DNA from: Callorhinchus milii
Lineage: Eukaryota
Direction of reading: 5' to 3'
NCBI RefSeq assembly: GCF_018977255.1
Contig: NW_024704743.1
Location: forward strand, 9,240,001-9,304,000
Length of the DNA stretch: 64,000 nt
The position numbers and the translations under genes are program-made. Positions 24,565-38,787 of this stretch are shown here, piece by piece (the stretch's first letter is position 1; every line of letters starts with the position of its first letter). The notes beneath the pieces were generated by a model that was not told where the DNA came from, made no database searches, and saw only the letters and a list, made by a program, of their open reading frames with translations.

Positions 24565-25751
24565 ATGCACTGCATTGTACAGGTGGGTGAAACATTAAAC
24601 TGAGGTCCAGTCTGCCAATTAAGGTGTTTGAAAAGAGAAGTTTCCCCCACTGTCCTGGTCAACATTTCTCCTCATAAAAATTGGTCACTCACTCATTGGT
24701 CAATGTTTGTGAGATGTTGCTGTGAGCAAAATTGGCTACAAATGCACATTCACTACACTTTAAAAGAAAACTCTATGAAGTGCTTTGAGATGGATCAATG
24801 TGTTAGGGTGCTCAATTAAATCCAAATATTGCCTTGTAGTATGTTCAACATGATGACAAGTCAGGAAAGGCAACATCACAGCTATTAATTGTCTTGGGGG
24901 TAGGGCTATTCCTTACGGGAGATTAGAAATGGCATAGTGAGAGAATCAATGTGCTGGTAAAGAGACAAGAACAGATGGATGGACTAACAAGAATGTTCAA
25001 TGGATTCCTGCTCAATGAGTCTAATCTGCATATTCCCCCAAAAAAGGGGAAAGAAAGAATTGCAACTTCTGTTTTTCCCACATTATTTGGGTATTCACCA
25101 AGTGAGTAACTATGATTTTGGAAACTAACCAATTTGAAAAAAGCTGGACAGCAGAATACCACCTTGTCATGGATATCTGGTTTGCTCCCTTTGTGGATGT
25201 TGCAAATTAGATTCTAAACTTGTGTAAGGCGCACAGGAGAGTGTGTGACTATCCACAGATTATGTAGGCAAAGACAGAAATAAGCTTTGATCAAAATTAT
25301 CCTGCAAACTAATTTCTCCTCTCTTTTGTTCTCGACTTGCTTCCAGCCAGTTATTAACATTCTGCACACTGCAATTATCAGCAGCTACCTCAGATGCACT
25401 GATATTGCAGCAAGGCTCTGAGTTTTCCAAAGCTCTCAGTAGATCAATGTCTGCGTGTTAAATCTCTCACACAACATCTATCAATTCAAGTAAGAGTCCA
25501 TGGTACTTTAAATATTTCTAAAAGTCACCACAACAGTGATGCAAAAGGCTCAACTTCCTTCAGTCTGTCTGATTGTATCCCTTTCAAGATGTGTACCGTA
25601 TGTTGTCAACATTCAATTTCTGAGGGAAGCGTGCTTTCATGCCAGACATTTCACAACCAACCAACATCAACACAATACACCCAAGTATAGATCTGTGGTC
25701 TGCAAGAGATGTCAGTAGTAGCATCTTGTCTGAGGGCTGTTAGGAGTAAGT

Positions 25752-26182
25752 AATAATAATAAATAAATAATATTAGTATTTGATATAGGGCCTTTCACTT
25801 CAGGAGGATATCTCAAAGCACTTCACAGGAAACACTGTGAAGTATAGTGATTGTGCATATTGTAGTCAATTCGCACACAGCTATATCTCACAAATAGCCA
25901 CTAACTGAATCACCAACTTGGATTTGGGGGAATTGTTGACCAGAACACCAGGAGAATCTCCCTTCTCTTTTTGTATACTGGAATATGAACTTCAAAGTCC
26001 ACCTCAACAGGAAGACGGGAGCTCAATTTAAAGTATCATCCAAAGGGCAGCACCTTCAACATTGCAGCATACCCCCAGCATAGCACTGAAGGTGTCAGAC
26101 AAGTAAATAAGAGTTAAATTTCCTGACGTGAGGTTTGAACTCACAACCTTCTGATTCAAGAGTGCTACCAACTGAGTCAGGG
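25752..26182 (-). mobile_element. Older DeuSINE copy
   Basis: ctgactcagttggtagcactcttgaatcagaaggttgtgagttcaaa head, body and tail on the reverse strand. Confidence 0.8.
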
Positions 26183-28085
26183 CTTCCATCAGTCTGACTG
26201 TAAACCTTTCAAGAGGTGTACAGTACCTTGTCATTAATCAGTTAGTGAGGGAGAGTGCACACCCATTGCTTCATATACGGATATAGCCACACACTATTTC
26301 AGATCATCTTGGGTCAGTCAAAGGGGTTGAGATGCTAAGCTATGGAGTAAGGAATGGCTCTATTAAGATGATCAACTACAGGGCTGTATCAGTGAACCAT
26401 GCAAGCTGGTAATTTCCATATTCCAAAATTCAGTTCATTTTCCTTTAATAAATAAGAATAAAATACCCCAGAGCAAGTTTCCGCATTCATATCATCAGGT
26501 TTCCTATATAACTAAAGCATTTTTGAACTTTACACAGGGAAAGAAATCTATTGTAATTTGCAACAAATTGAAAAAATAAATCAAAGGCAAGAAAGAATTT
26601 CTGGAAGAAAAGATGTAAAGAAACCAAGAAAGTCAAGAATTTTAAAATAGGAATGTGAGTTTTAAGAACACTTTTTGGCATTTACATTATGTTTTCAGAT
26701 GTTCCACATTTCAGTATGCAAAAAAAAGGTCTAAGTTATCTTGAAGATGTTGACTACACTATCATTCGCCCCCTCCCTTCACACTTTCAAAGCCTATGTC
26801 AAGATAGTCGCCGACATCTTTTATATATATAATATATAGTCTAGTATATCACTATACTTCGCAGTATATCCTGTAGCTCTCCAGTTCTTTGAGGTGTCCT
26901 GACATTAAGGCACTTTATCAAATGTAAGTATGATTATTATTACTCGCCCAGAAAATCTGCAATCATTTCACTTTACGGTATATTCTGTGAAGTGCTTTGA
27001 GACATCTCGAAGACGTGATAAGGCGCTATATCAAACGCAAGGATTATTATATTATTATTATAAGACTTCTTTGACCGCACATTCGATATCTCCATTCTTG
27101 GAGATTTTTGGATAAAGGGGCACAACCAGTGAACACATTCAAAAGCATTGGCAGCAAGCTCTCAGGAACAGAACATTGCTCAGCAGAAAAACACCTGCAA
27201 AGCTATGTTTTCCTCACTCAGCTAATGTCTCATATACATGACAAAGGAAAGAAATGCCCGATGGAAAATACAGATCAACAAGCTTAACTTGCACACATGC
27301 CATCTGGTGCACGGCACATTGTAAGAAAATAACCAACAGTATGTTTGCAAACTAAGCATATAAAATAAGTAGCAAAGCACTTTTGAACAAAGCTTACTAT
27401 AAGCAGGCAATGACATTTACGGAGTCAATAGTTTTAGTGGGTTTCCTAACTGCACCTTCTCTGAACTACATGAATCATATGGCTGCCACACACAGTGTTG
27501 TATTGTAGTTGAAACAGTGAGCTAATGCATTCAGTGCTAAAAATAGACGCATCACAATCCAGATGGTTCGGCAACTTTAATCTTGAAGAGAGTTGAAAAA
27601 CAAAATCAAAGCATACATTCTGCGCTGACCCTATGATAGTTGTTGTCTATAAAGGCATATGCAGAGTATCATGTTAAATCTCAACTTAACTCAGAGCATT
27701 ATATATAGGCTGTTGTTTGCTTTTGGGAGTACTTGAGCCTTGGGATATCCTCCCGATGTGAAAGGCGCTATACAAATGTAATGTGTTGCTGTTGTTGATG
27801 CCTCAATGTATTTTTTCGCAAACTTACTTCCAATCATGTGCTACTTTAGCCGACGGATTTCTGTGAATCTAGTACAATTTGATACTGAGGTTAGTGCAGC
27901 CAAACATGGAAATAAAATGGAAAGTGAACAATTCTTAAAGATGCTTCTTTTTGAGTTAGGATACTCAGACTTTAGGAAGAAATTCAAATGACAAATTATT
28001 GCGCTGCTTGGAGAATGAACATCTGCAGGAACATTTTCAGACATCCCAAAGCGGTTTGTGTGGTTTAAAAATACAGAGCTCTTAC

Positions 28086-28124
28086 CAAGTCATTTGGTGT
28101 CTGCATTGGACTGGATTCCTTTTT
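28086..28124 (-). CDS. pard3: Par-3 39-nt cassette exon (about exon 12): KKESSPMQTPNDL
   Basis: Acceptor ttttatctccacttccag|AAA, donor TTG|gtaaga. Symmetric phase 0. Same length and position as human NAEPSQMQIPKET, with E-x-S-x-M-Q-x-P shared. Confidence 0.85.
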
Positions 28125-29845
28125 CTGGAAGTGGAGATAAAAGCATAAAAACACATGGCATCAGAGTTGCAGGTCACGTGTGGTACACAGATGAACACAT
28201 TGCCAAAGAGGCTCCACGTTTCAAAGTATTCACAGCACCTTTCACTTTATCAGTGTCACAGCTGAGATCAATTACTTCAGCTGTTCCAAGCACTTCTTTT
28301 AAAATCTCTAAATCCTTCTTTTATCTCAAAGATATGTATTGCTTCAAGTATGCATCAAAATTCATTCTTGAAGGCTTCATTACTTTAGGAAACAGTCTGA
28401 GGTGGTGTTCAATATGAAGTTGAAAGTGCATCAATTTTGAACTTGTTTTCTTTAAACAAAATAGTATATACGACCTGGCTGCCTTCATTAATCCCGTGGC
28501 AATTTCAGGTCAGTTTAGCTTTTGGCTTCAGTGAAGTGCAGGTGGTTCGAAGCTGAACCCAAGCAGGAATTTTGCCAATTGCTCAAGCCCTCCAAAGCCA
28601 AAGCTTTCCCCAAGAGAAATCAAATACATTTCAGATTTGGTCATCTGAAGCCAATAACTGAACACTCTGGAGGCTTATCCCTAATTCATGGTCAGTTACA
28701 ATCTATTGTGTGTAACACAATCCAGCAATGTTGGAAGAAACTGGAACAGGTTACAGAACAGTTTGTTGCAAATCCTATCCCTAAATAACCGGCACCCTCC
28801 TCCACCCACCCTAAACTTAAGTGGAAGCCTATTAATACAGCACTTCTCTGCCTTCTTAGTTTGATAAACGGTGACTAATATTCCACAATACTTTTATTCC
28901 GTATGGATTGTTGGACCATTAATCATTAGCTTAAAAGTCGTCACTTATGTGAGCAAGGATCATAGTTTCAAGCTAAATGAACACAAGTCACATCACAATA
29001 ATCAACCAAAACATATTGCATTTCTACGCATCAAAGATCTGTCAAATGGTTCTTCTGCATTTAATAAAAGAAACCAAAATTTGTCCCCATGGATTTAAAC
29101 AGCACAAAATGGAAATTATCAATCAAGATCCCAAATTATCATCCATAATCTATAATACACTTCTCTCTAGTCATGATAGAAAAATGAGCATGTAATAATT
29201 TAAAAATGTATTCTTTATGAAATAGCTGCTGAAGTGAGATATACTTCTGGAATAGTTTTTTGTCAAAACAAGACTGATACACTCTTTCACTCCATAGACC
29301 ATTGATGGAGATGAGACTTACCACGTGCTCTGTTAACTATTGATGGACACAACACTGATTTGCTACTTCATTACAAAGGCTATTGATGGACAAGATTGTG
29401 ATATTCTATATCATTTTATAGACAAGAAATCAACATGGCTGTGGATATGCTACTTTATTCTACTTTAACCGAGTTCAGTGAAATTCACAAGTGGCGATAC
29501 TTCAGTTATAGAAGCTGAAATGTAACTGTTTTTTCTCAGCTGTAAAACAAATCAACATAAGACGTGAACTTGGCCCCTGAAAGAAAGGGGTTAAATTATC
29601 ATCCCCTTGATATGCGTTCGTACAAGAACACTGAACCAAAACACCAGCATATATATGAGCCCGACCGTCAAATATTTCTCAAATCAAATCCAACAACCAC
29701 TCAGATCTTATTTCTTCATCCTGGCTTCAATAGCTGTGGTGAGACAAGAATCATGAAATCATAATGTGGCAACTGAATAATGAAAGGTTTCAGTGCCTGA
29801 CGAGAGGCCATCACCAAAGGCAGAGAATATTCAATTCTATTGCTA

Positions 29846-30001
<156 letters not shown>

Positions 30002-30364
30002 TCACAGAGATGATCTTTATTATAATAATAATCCTTGCATTTGAAATAGCGCATCATCACATCATTAAGATGTCTCACAGCACTTCACAGAACATATTGT
30101 AAAGTGGATTGACTGTGTATTTTGTGGGCAAAACTCCCATTTCCTGCTATTCAAATATAATAATAATCCTTGCATTTGATAAAGCGCCTTATCATATCTT
30201 CGAGACGTCTCAAAGAGCAGGACATTGTTGTGCAGATTGGCTGCCACATTCACTCACAAAATACAGTCATTACATTTCAAAAGAAATCATGTGAAGTGCT
30301 TGTATGCAAAAATTGTTATTATTAGTAGTAATAATAGTCCTCATCATAAGCATGCTGAGATACT

Positions 30365-31400
30365 ACAACAAGAACAACAAAATTACATTTGTATAGCGCC
30401 TTTCATATCAGGAGGATGTCCCAAGGAGCTGGACAGTCAGAGTTTCGGACCCGAGCTAGGGGTCGGGATTGGGGCGGGTGGAGGACAGGGTGACAGGATG
30501 ATCGAAAGCATGGTTGAAGAGGAGGGTCTTGAAGGAGGCAAGGGAGGAGGTGAGGCAGAGGGACTGCGGAATGGAGTTCCAGAGGGTGGAGGCAGAGAGG
30601 AAAAAGGCCCGCCCACCAATGGTGGGGCGAACAAGGTGGGGCACGTAAAGCAGGCCACAGCCTGCTGAGCGGAGGGAGTGGGCAGGATGGTAGGAGGATA
30701 GGATGTTGCAGAGGTAGGGGGGGAGCAAGACCATGGAGGGCTTTGAAGGTGAGGACCAGGATTTTGAACTGTATCCTCTGTGTGATGGGAAGCCAGTGGA
30801 GTCGGGCGAGGATGGGTGTGATAAAGTCATGGAGTTTGGTGTGGGGGAGGACATGGGCTGCAGAGTTCTCGGTGATCTGTAGCCTATGGAGGGAGGAGTT
30901 GGGGAGGCCAACAAGCAAGGAGTTTGCATAGTCGAGCCTCGACGTAATGAAAGCGTGTATGAGGGTTTTGGCAGCCTGCGGTGTGAGACAGTGGCGTAGC
31001 CAGGCAATGTTGCGGAGGTGGAGTAAGGCAGAGCGGGTCATGGCACAGATGTGGGGTAGAAAGGATAGTTGAGGGTTAAACAAGACGCCAAGATTCCGGA
31101 CTGGCTAAGTAAGGTGGAGTGTGCAACCATGGATGGTGATGCTGTCAGCACCTGAGGTGTGGAAGCGCTGATGGAGCCAATCAGGAGAGTCATTGACATT
31201 CAACCGAAGAGAATTATCTCTCATCCAAGACTTGTCAGGCAGTAGTGGTCCTGGAGTCAAGGGTGGAGTCAGAGAGGTACATTTGGGTGTCATCCGCATA
31301 CATGTGGAAGTTGACCCCATGACTGCGGATGATGTCACCAAGAGGGAGCATACAGATATTAAAGAGGAGGGGACCAAGGACAGAGCCCTGAGGAACGCTG
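30365..31400 (-). mobile_element. 5'-truncated, frameshifted L2 LINE
   Basis: VPQGSVLGP near 31365-31400, YADD codons at 31289-31300, HAFITSRLDYAN and LHWLP motifs, tail at about 30365. Confidence 0.92.
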
Positions 31401-32853
31401 CACAAAACTCAAATCCAAGGATTATCATTATTGTAAAAACACCGACACAGACTTGGATAGACCAAATGGCTTATTTCTGCTCTAACATTCTCTAATACTA
31501 TGAAAACTGTTGATAGCAGATACATAGACTTGCAGTATAGAAGACAGACATTCGGCCCACTCTGTCTGTACTGGCTCTTTGGTATCTTCAGTCCTATTTA
31601 CCTGCCTTTTCCCTAAAGTCCTGAAATTATTCTAATTTGTCTTATTCCCTCTTGAAAGCTCATATGGGTTCTGCCTCAATCACATTTGGCAGGACAATCC
31701 ACATAATGACAGCTCTGCATAACAAATTCTTCTTCATCTCCCCTCTAATGAATACAGTTAGCTTTTGCAGTTGTATTGTCCATTATTTTGCTGTCATTTT
31801 GTAACTACTGGTTGTCAGGAATCTACTTCTTGGTAGAGTAATATTTGAATCGGGAAGAAATAAAAGGAATATTTGCTATTACGCAGCCGGGGGCCTTGCA
31901 ACAAGCACAAACTTCACAAGTTATTGCTATTAACTAAAGCGGATGTATAAAATGGCAGTAATTTCCCAGAACTGAAATAAACACGATTACATAATTTACA
32001 GCAATTTCCATTTGATGTTAACTTGCTTTTTATAAGACTCTTTCTATATGGCAACACTTAATTTCACCAACAATCCCCATATAAAATTGGTAATTTATTT
32101 CAAAGCTGTTTGTGGGAGACTGCTGTGCGCAAATTGGCTGCTGAGTTCACCTACAAAATAGTCGCTGAACTTCATAGTAAATCCTGTGAAGTACTTTGAG
32201 ATGTTTCGACAACATAAGAAAGACACAATATCAAATTGCAAGGATTATTATTATAAATGATCAAATTCTCAAAGAACGTCTGCTGATATCCCATCCGGGG
32301 GGGAAGCTTCATTAGGGATCAATAAGATCACTTCTAAGGGAACCTATAGTTTTCCTTCGCTCAAAGAAAGACTAAACGTAATGAAACCACTTTAGAATTA
32401 TTTCAACCCCGTTGTTCCGTGACCGAAATTCAGGCTGAGTGCCCAGGAATGGACACATTCTCAATAATAAAGCTAATAGCAGCAGCAGCAACCTTAGCAC
32501 CCACCCTGCTGTGTAAGGCCTGGCAGGAAACAAGGAACTGGATTGGTAACCTATACGCCAACAAATTAAGTGGAGTTATTCAAACCGTATGAGTGTAAAA
32601 GCGTAAAAGAGCGTAAAACGGAGGGTTTTATTATTTGCATTTGTGTTGCTCGATGAAGTGAAAGTGCATCAAGATGTCCAAACTTATTTTCTCCTGCCTC
32701 AGTGTAATTGCTATCGGGTATTTTTAATGACTTGGCTCTTGACCTCCATCAGCTGGGGTAAACTTCATTTACCCACCTGTCAGATCAGGATTGCCTGTTT
32801 GTACATTGCATTCGCATTCCTGAAAACGCTGAGCTAATCCCTTAATTGACAGG

Positions 32854-33174
32854 TAATAATAATAATAATAATAATCCTTGCATTTGATATAGCGCTTTTC
32901 ACGTCGGGAGGACGTCCCAAAGCGCTTCACAGAACACACTGTAAAGTGAATTGACTGTATATTTGTGGGCAAAAGCGGCAGCCAATTGCGCACAGCAATG
33001 TCCCACAAACAGTCGTAGATTGAAAATGACCAATTTATTATGTTTTTGGTTTTGGAGGGATTATTATTAGGCGTGTCGAGTAAGGAAACTTGCCCAAGGT
33101 TTCGCCCTGCCTGGAATTGAACTCAGGTCTCTCACTTGCAAGGTGAGTGCTCTAACCACTGAGCTACAGGACTC
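32854..33174 (-). mobile_element. Full-length young tRNA-derived SINE (short subfamily)
   Basis: Colinear and nearly identical to 18054-18375, with a long (ATT)n tail. Abuts a further SINE remnant at about 33175-33225. Confidence 0.9.
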
Positions 33175-33364
33175 CACAAAATGTACTGTAAAGTGAATTG
33201 TATGTATATTTTGTGGGCGAAACACATCTAATCCCTTGAGAATAGATGATTTCCACATCACGGAGGAGGCTAGGATATCTCCCCCTACTCCCAAAAGAAG
33301 CTGAACAGCTGAAACTCTTCATGGTCTTAGCCTTATTTTAAAATTTAAAATTTTGCAAAATATT

Positions 33365-33428
33365 GGAAGGAAGGAAGGAAGGAAGGAAGGAAGGAAGGAA
33401 GGAAGGAAGGAAGGAAGGAAGGAAGGAA
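33365..33428 (+). repeat. (GGAA)16 microsatellite
   Basis: Perfect tetranucleotide array, 64 bp. Confidence 0.97.
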
Positions 33429-33973
33429 TGGAGAGTACACTTCTATGCGCTGTAAAATGCAGTGACTGTATTTTTACATGAGAAGAGAGAAAGTGGTTTT
33501 GAGTCGTACTCCTGATGTGAAAGGTGCAATATCAAATACAAGGATTATTCTTATAAAATTAACAGACATACTATACAGGGAAAATGAGAGGGCAAATGTT
33601 TGGAGAAGTGCGAGTGTGAACTGCATTAAAAGTCTGATTAAAACATGGACAAATTGCATTAAGTGTCTAAAACACTCATTACCTGAGTGATCGGTGATCT
33701 AGTTTCCAGTTAGAATAGAATTTTAATGACAAAATATGCTTGGAGAAATAACGGGAATCTCTCTTTTAAAGACAGCCACAAGTTATCATACAAGCACAAA
33801 ATGCACAAGTTATTGCTCTTAATTGTGAAGCTGATGTACATAATGGGTAATTATTCCCAGGCCTGCATTAACCTGAAATACATAATCCACTCCAGGCATA
33901 CTGCCAATACATCAGTTCACCTCCAGAATGCAGAGCAAAGTTTTCAGTGCAGTTTGACATTATCATCATCACA

Positions 33974-34335
33974 ATAATAATATTCCTTACAATTGATACA
34001 GCTCCTTGTCATATTGTCAAGATGCCCCAAAGTGCTTCATATGAATTACTGTAATGTATAGTGGCTGCATTTGTAAGTGAACACAGCAGTCAATTTTGCA
34101 CACAGCAATGTCCAACAAACAGTCATAAGGAATGACCAATTGTACCTGTGGACCAGGACCTAGGAGAAACTCCCTTCCCTTTTCAAATAGTGCCATGGAT
34201 CTTCAATGTCCACCTGAGCAGACACAGACAGGAGCACAGTTCAACATCTCACCTGAAGGATGACACCTTCAGGAACAAGCACTCCCCCAGCACTGCACTG
34301 GAGCAGGTTATGCATTCTAAGTTCCAAAGTGGGGA
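33974..34335 (-). mobile_element. Older DeuSINE copy just downstream of the 140-nt exon
   Basis: Deu-type body (aagatccatggcactatttgaaaag) and tail. Confidence 0.7.
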
Positions 34336-34365
34336 CATTACAAGTAAAAGCTTACTCACTCTTTA

Positions 34366-34539
<174 letters not shown>

Positions 34540-37500
34540 TTAATAAAGAGGGCAACGTTAATGTCATATTTTGGAACGTGGTGGCTTTCTTCTTTCAACT
34601 CCTCCCCACCCCCCACCCCATTGGATGAAACAAAAAGAGACCCAAGCAACTGATCATCAGGATTAATAAAATAGAAAGGTTTTAATTCAACAGAGCACAA
34701 AATATGAAGAAGTCGGATTTCTTGCCATCTGAGATAACAATTCTAGTGGACGTCTTTATTTACAGGGTGTGGAATACCAGCCAAGTAAGGTGATATAAGC
34801 AGAGTCCATTGTGGGCTTCATCGACAACAACAACTTGCATTTATGTAGTGTCCTTCCCATGGGGCAGCGTCTCAAGAGGGAAGTAGACAAGTACAGGCTT
34901 GAATGGGGATAGGGCAAGCCAATAGGATTCAATGCGCTGAAAGCCTATGCTGGCTCGGTGGGCAGAATGATCTCCTTGTGCATTGTGAGTTCCTATGATT
35001 CTATGCCAAGTGACATGAAGCTGCACACCAAACTTTGGAAGCCATAATGGCAGAATGCAAATCTAAACTCAAGTGCCAAACAAATGAGAAAGCTGAATAA
35101 AAAAACGTTTACATGTATATCCTGTGTGAAGGCTGCTAAATAAATGCAAGTTGTGGTTGTGTACATTATATATACGTACATATACACAAACATTGATAAA
35201 AAAATTAAGTGTACAGGAGGCTCTGACTTTTTTCTGGTTTCTCGTAGAGATACCATTAGCGGTATTCCTCATGTTAATGCCAGCATTAGTTTAAGGAACT
35301 AATAAGAAATAATGGTAAATTTACCCTGCAGTTTATAATACTAGAACTCAGGAATGGTAATACATAATTGCAACCTCCGGTCAGCCAACTTATTTGGTCC
35401 ATATAAAAGTCAACAAAACATATAATTTCAATACTCAGTTAGTAGGGGATTGGGTCACAAAGCAGTACGGTAATTGCTTCACATGTCTCTGGGCAGAGGA
35501 TCAAGCTCTGACACAGGTTGAAACACCAATAGACTTGCCCTTAAGTGTGATTAGCTGATTCTGCTCTCAGCCAGGTCACTAATGAGGGCACTGTGTCAAG
35601 ATAAACTGACAGGAGGTCTGATTCTCCAATGCAGTCACCATGAACCAGACATGCACCACAATACAGCTGCTTCATGCTGTAATGTAGTGGAGTCTTGTTT
35701 AGTGTGGTGATTGGGATCCATAAAATCCCAGGACACCTGAACAGTGAGGTGTGACAGTGGGTTTCACTGTGCATTTCCGTAGCAAGCCAGCCCATTCCCT
35801 GCCTGCTAGCCAGGTTCCAAGCTAAAACAATGACAGATGTCCAGGTCATAAGCCACGACCGATGTCACTTCCTATTTTGCGCATGTACACCAAATAGGAA
35901 GTGAGAAGGGGGGGGGATTGGGAGAAGGGGCGGTAGGAAGGAGGAGAAGGAAGGTTTCCATAAATACGGTCAAAGGACCAGGACTTAAAGAAAGATAGAG
36001 AAGCAGTGAGGCAGGGGGTTCGAGGGAGGAAGTTCCAGAGCTGAGGGACATAGAATCAGAAAGCTGTGCTAGTAGAGTGGCGACGCACACACATACACAC
36101 GTTAGGACACACTGAATGGAGCTGGGAGGGGGGAAACCAGAGGAATGGGGTAGGAGATCAGAGAGATAGAGAGGTGCTAGAGCACGAAGGGATTCATATC
36201 ATTCTGGCACACAATGCAGCTTAAATGAGTTGAGCAGCGCACTGTACACGCATGAACAAGCAGTCCCAAAACAACAGCTTGAACCCCACAAATAACAGTC
36301 GCAAGAAAATTCACACACTGACCTTTTCGTTAGACAAACAAATGTCAGTTTTGCAGTTCAAAAGACACGTAAACATTCCACGTTGATCAAAACAAATCAA
36401 TGACTTTACTCAATAATTAGAACAGATGAACGATTTTCTGATAGATGATACCTTGCATGAAATATCTATGAGAAACTCAAAAATAATAACTTCAGCCTTT
36501 AGAACAACTACAGACTGAATTCTGTATTTTCAGAATTTGAGACCTCAAGGGAGTAATTTATGAAGAAAGATTCAGGTGAATGGACTTGTTTTGCTGGAAA
36601 AAAAGACAAACGAGGAGAAATACAATACAGCTTTTTTGGTGTAATGAAAGCAGTCAATAAGATTGACACAAACATTGTGTTTAACTTGGGCTGTGAATAT
36701 AGGGCTAGAAAACATGATCAGAAGATTCTCAACCCTTGAGCTAAATTGGAAATGAGATGAATTACACATGATACCGACACTCAGAATACCACATATCTAA
36801 GATGGCAAAAAGATCTGAGAGTCAAACAATAACAGATTCTCAGAAAGAATGGTTAATTAGGGATCAGCTGACCGCTTTACAAAGATCACAAAGAACGTAC
36901 AGCATGGAAACAGGCCACTCGGCCCCGCAGTCCATACCGATGTTTATACTCCGCACGGGTCTTCATTCATTCTCTACTCCCTCCCATACACTTTTATTCC
37001 CTTCACACTCATGTGAAGTCCTAGCTTCCTCTTCAATTAAAGGAGAGATGGATCAAATTAGTTGAGAAAAGGGACAGAGTTATTGGGATAGTTATCGTTT
37101 TGCTTTAAGAGATTAAAGGATAAATAATAATGAAAATAATTAAATTTGATAAAGCGCCTTTCACTTCAGGAGGACATTTCAAAGCACTTGACAGTACGCA
37201 CTGTAAAGTGGATACATTTGTACATTTTGAGAGCGAACGCGTCAGCCAATTTGAGTGCAGCAATGTCCCACGCACAGCCATGAAATGAATGACCAAATGA
37301 AAAGGAAGAATTAACCATGCTCGGACTATGGAAGGAATGGGCTTGAAGAGGTATTTTTGTTCCATGCTTTCATGTATTTTGAATTACAAGAAATGAATGT
37401 ACCATGAAGCTGCCAATACTTATTACATCTCTGGACATTGGGACATTCAGAATTAGTCTCGGATACAACTTCCCTGCTGATATTATACAGCTATCCATAA

Positions 37501-38436
37501 AACAGCGCAGCTGCTTATCTATCACATTTTATATGCTGCAAATATAATCCAAAGCCACAAACATGAAGGAGGTAGCACTAAACACTATGCACTGCCTGTC
37601 AAAGTATCCAGCGACCTTTAAACCTCAATGCAGCACTGAAATATTTGTACACTCAAACCAATCTGAATATAAATGAGCATTCAGAAACCTTGTCCGTTTT
37701 AACTTCCTCAGTGTCTAACTTTTAACAAACTAAAAGGCTTCAGTTATTCATTTATGCACTGACATATTTATACATAAAATGAAAAAAGAAATTGCTCTTC
37801 TAGAAATCTCATCTTAAAAGATAACTGCTTCTTGTATTTTACTTGCATGCAGTTAGTTGGCTTTGCAAAACAATTCGGTAATTTTGGCAACCAAATGTAA
37901 TTTCGAAAATTGTACCAAATCATTTTACCTAACTTTATAAAACGTTTTTAAAAAATCCAAGGAATATTTAGTACATTGGTTATCATTCCTCTCTCACTTG
38001 AATTCTTTTTCTATTTGCTTTACAATGACCGTTCTGAACATCTGCGGACAAGATATCTTACGCATTGAGTAGATTCAAGAAAGCAATGAAATTCAATAAA
38101 ACATTCGCTTGATCATATCCAACTATTATAATAATGTTTAAGTTTTTTTAACCTTCCCCTTTCAATTTGGCCAAACTCCATCTTTTATCATCTTGCTCCT
38201 AACTTACTTAGGTCTGGCTAACTCTTGCTTCAAAACAGTGATTTTATTAGCAGATAGATTCAGAGGCAAGCTTGCAAGGTGACTCAGGTTAGAAAGATGG
38301 GATGAACACCAAATAGGCTTCATATGAGACAGGAGAATCCAGATTTAGTTTTGTGCACAGGGAAAATTAACTCACAGAAGTAATAAAACTCAGAAACTTT
38401 GATCTAAAACAATCTGATTTCAACTAGGAGTGCTTA

Positions 38437-38787
38437 TAATAATAATAATAATAATCCTTGTATTTGATATAGCGCTTTTCACATCTTCTAGACGTCTCAA
38501 GTGAATTGACGGTATATTTTGTGGGCGAAACGCAGCAGCCAATTGTGCACAGCAGTGTCCCACAAACAGTCGTTGCTTGAAGTGACCAATTTATTATCTA
38601 TATATTTTTTGAAAGAATTATTACCCTGGAAAAGCAATCTGCCAATCGACTAACAACCAGGTTCCTATTTAGTGCTAGGTAAACAGAGGTGTGTGAAGTA
38701 AGGAAACTTGCGCCATCATTCTTGACGGGAATCAAACCCAGGTCTCTTGCTTGCGAGGCGAGTGCTCTAACTACTGAGCAACAGGAC
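38437..38787 (-). mobile_element. tRNA-derived SINE, long subfamily with complete CORE-like box
   Basis: Same head and tail, plus an extra internal block cctctgtttacctagcactaaataggaacc...tttccaggg. Confidence 0.85.

Noticed and set aside
33365..33428. (GGAA)16 as an ETS-responsive enhancer
   Set aside because: That activity is known for the EWSR1-FLI1 fusion context; there is no evidence of function here. Kept only as a microsatellite.
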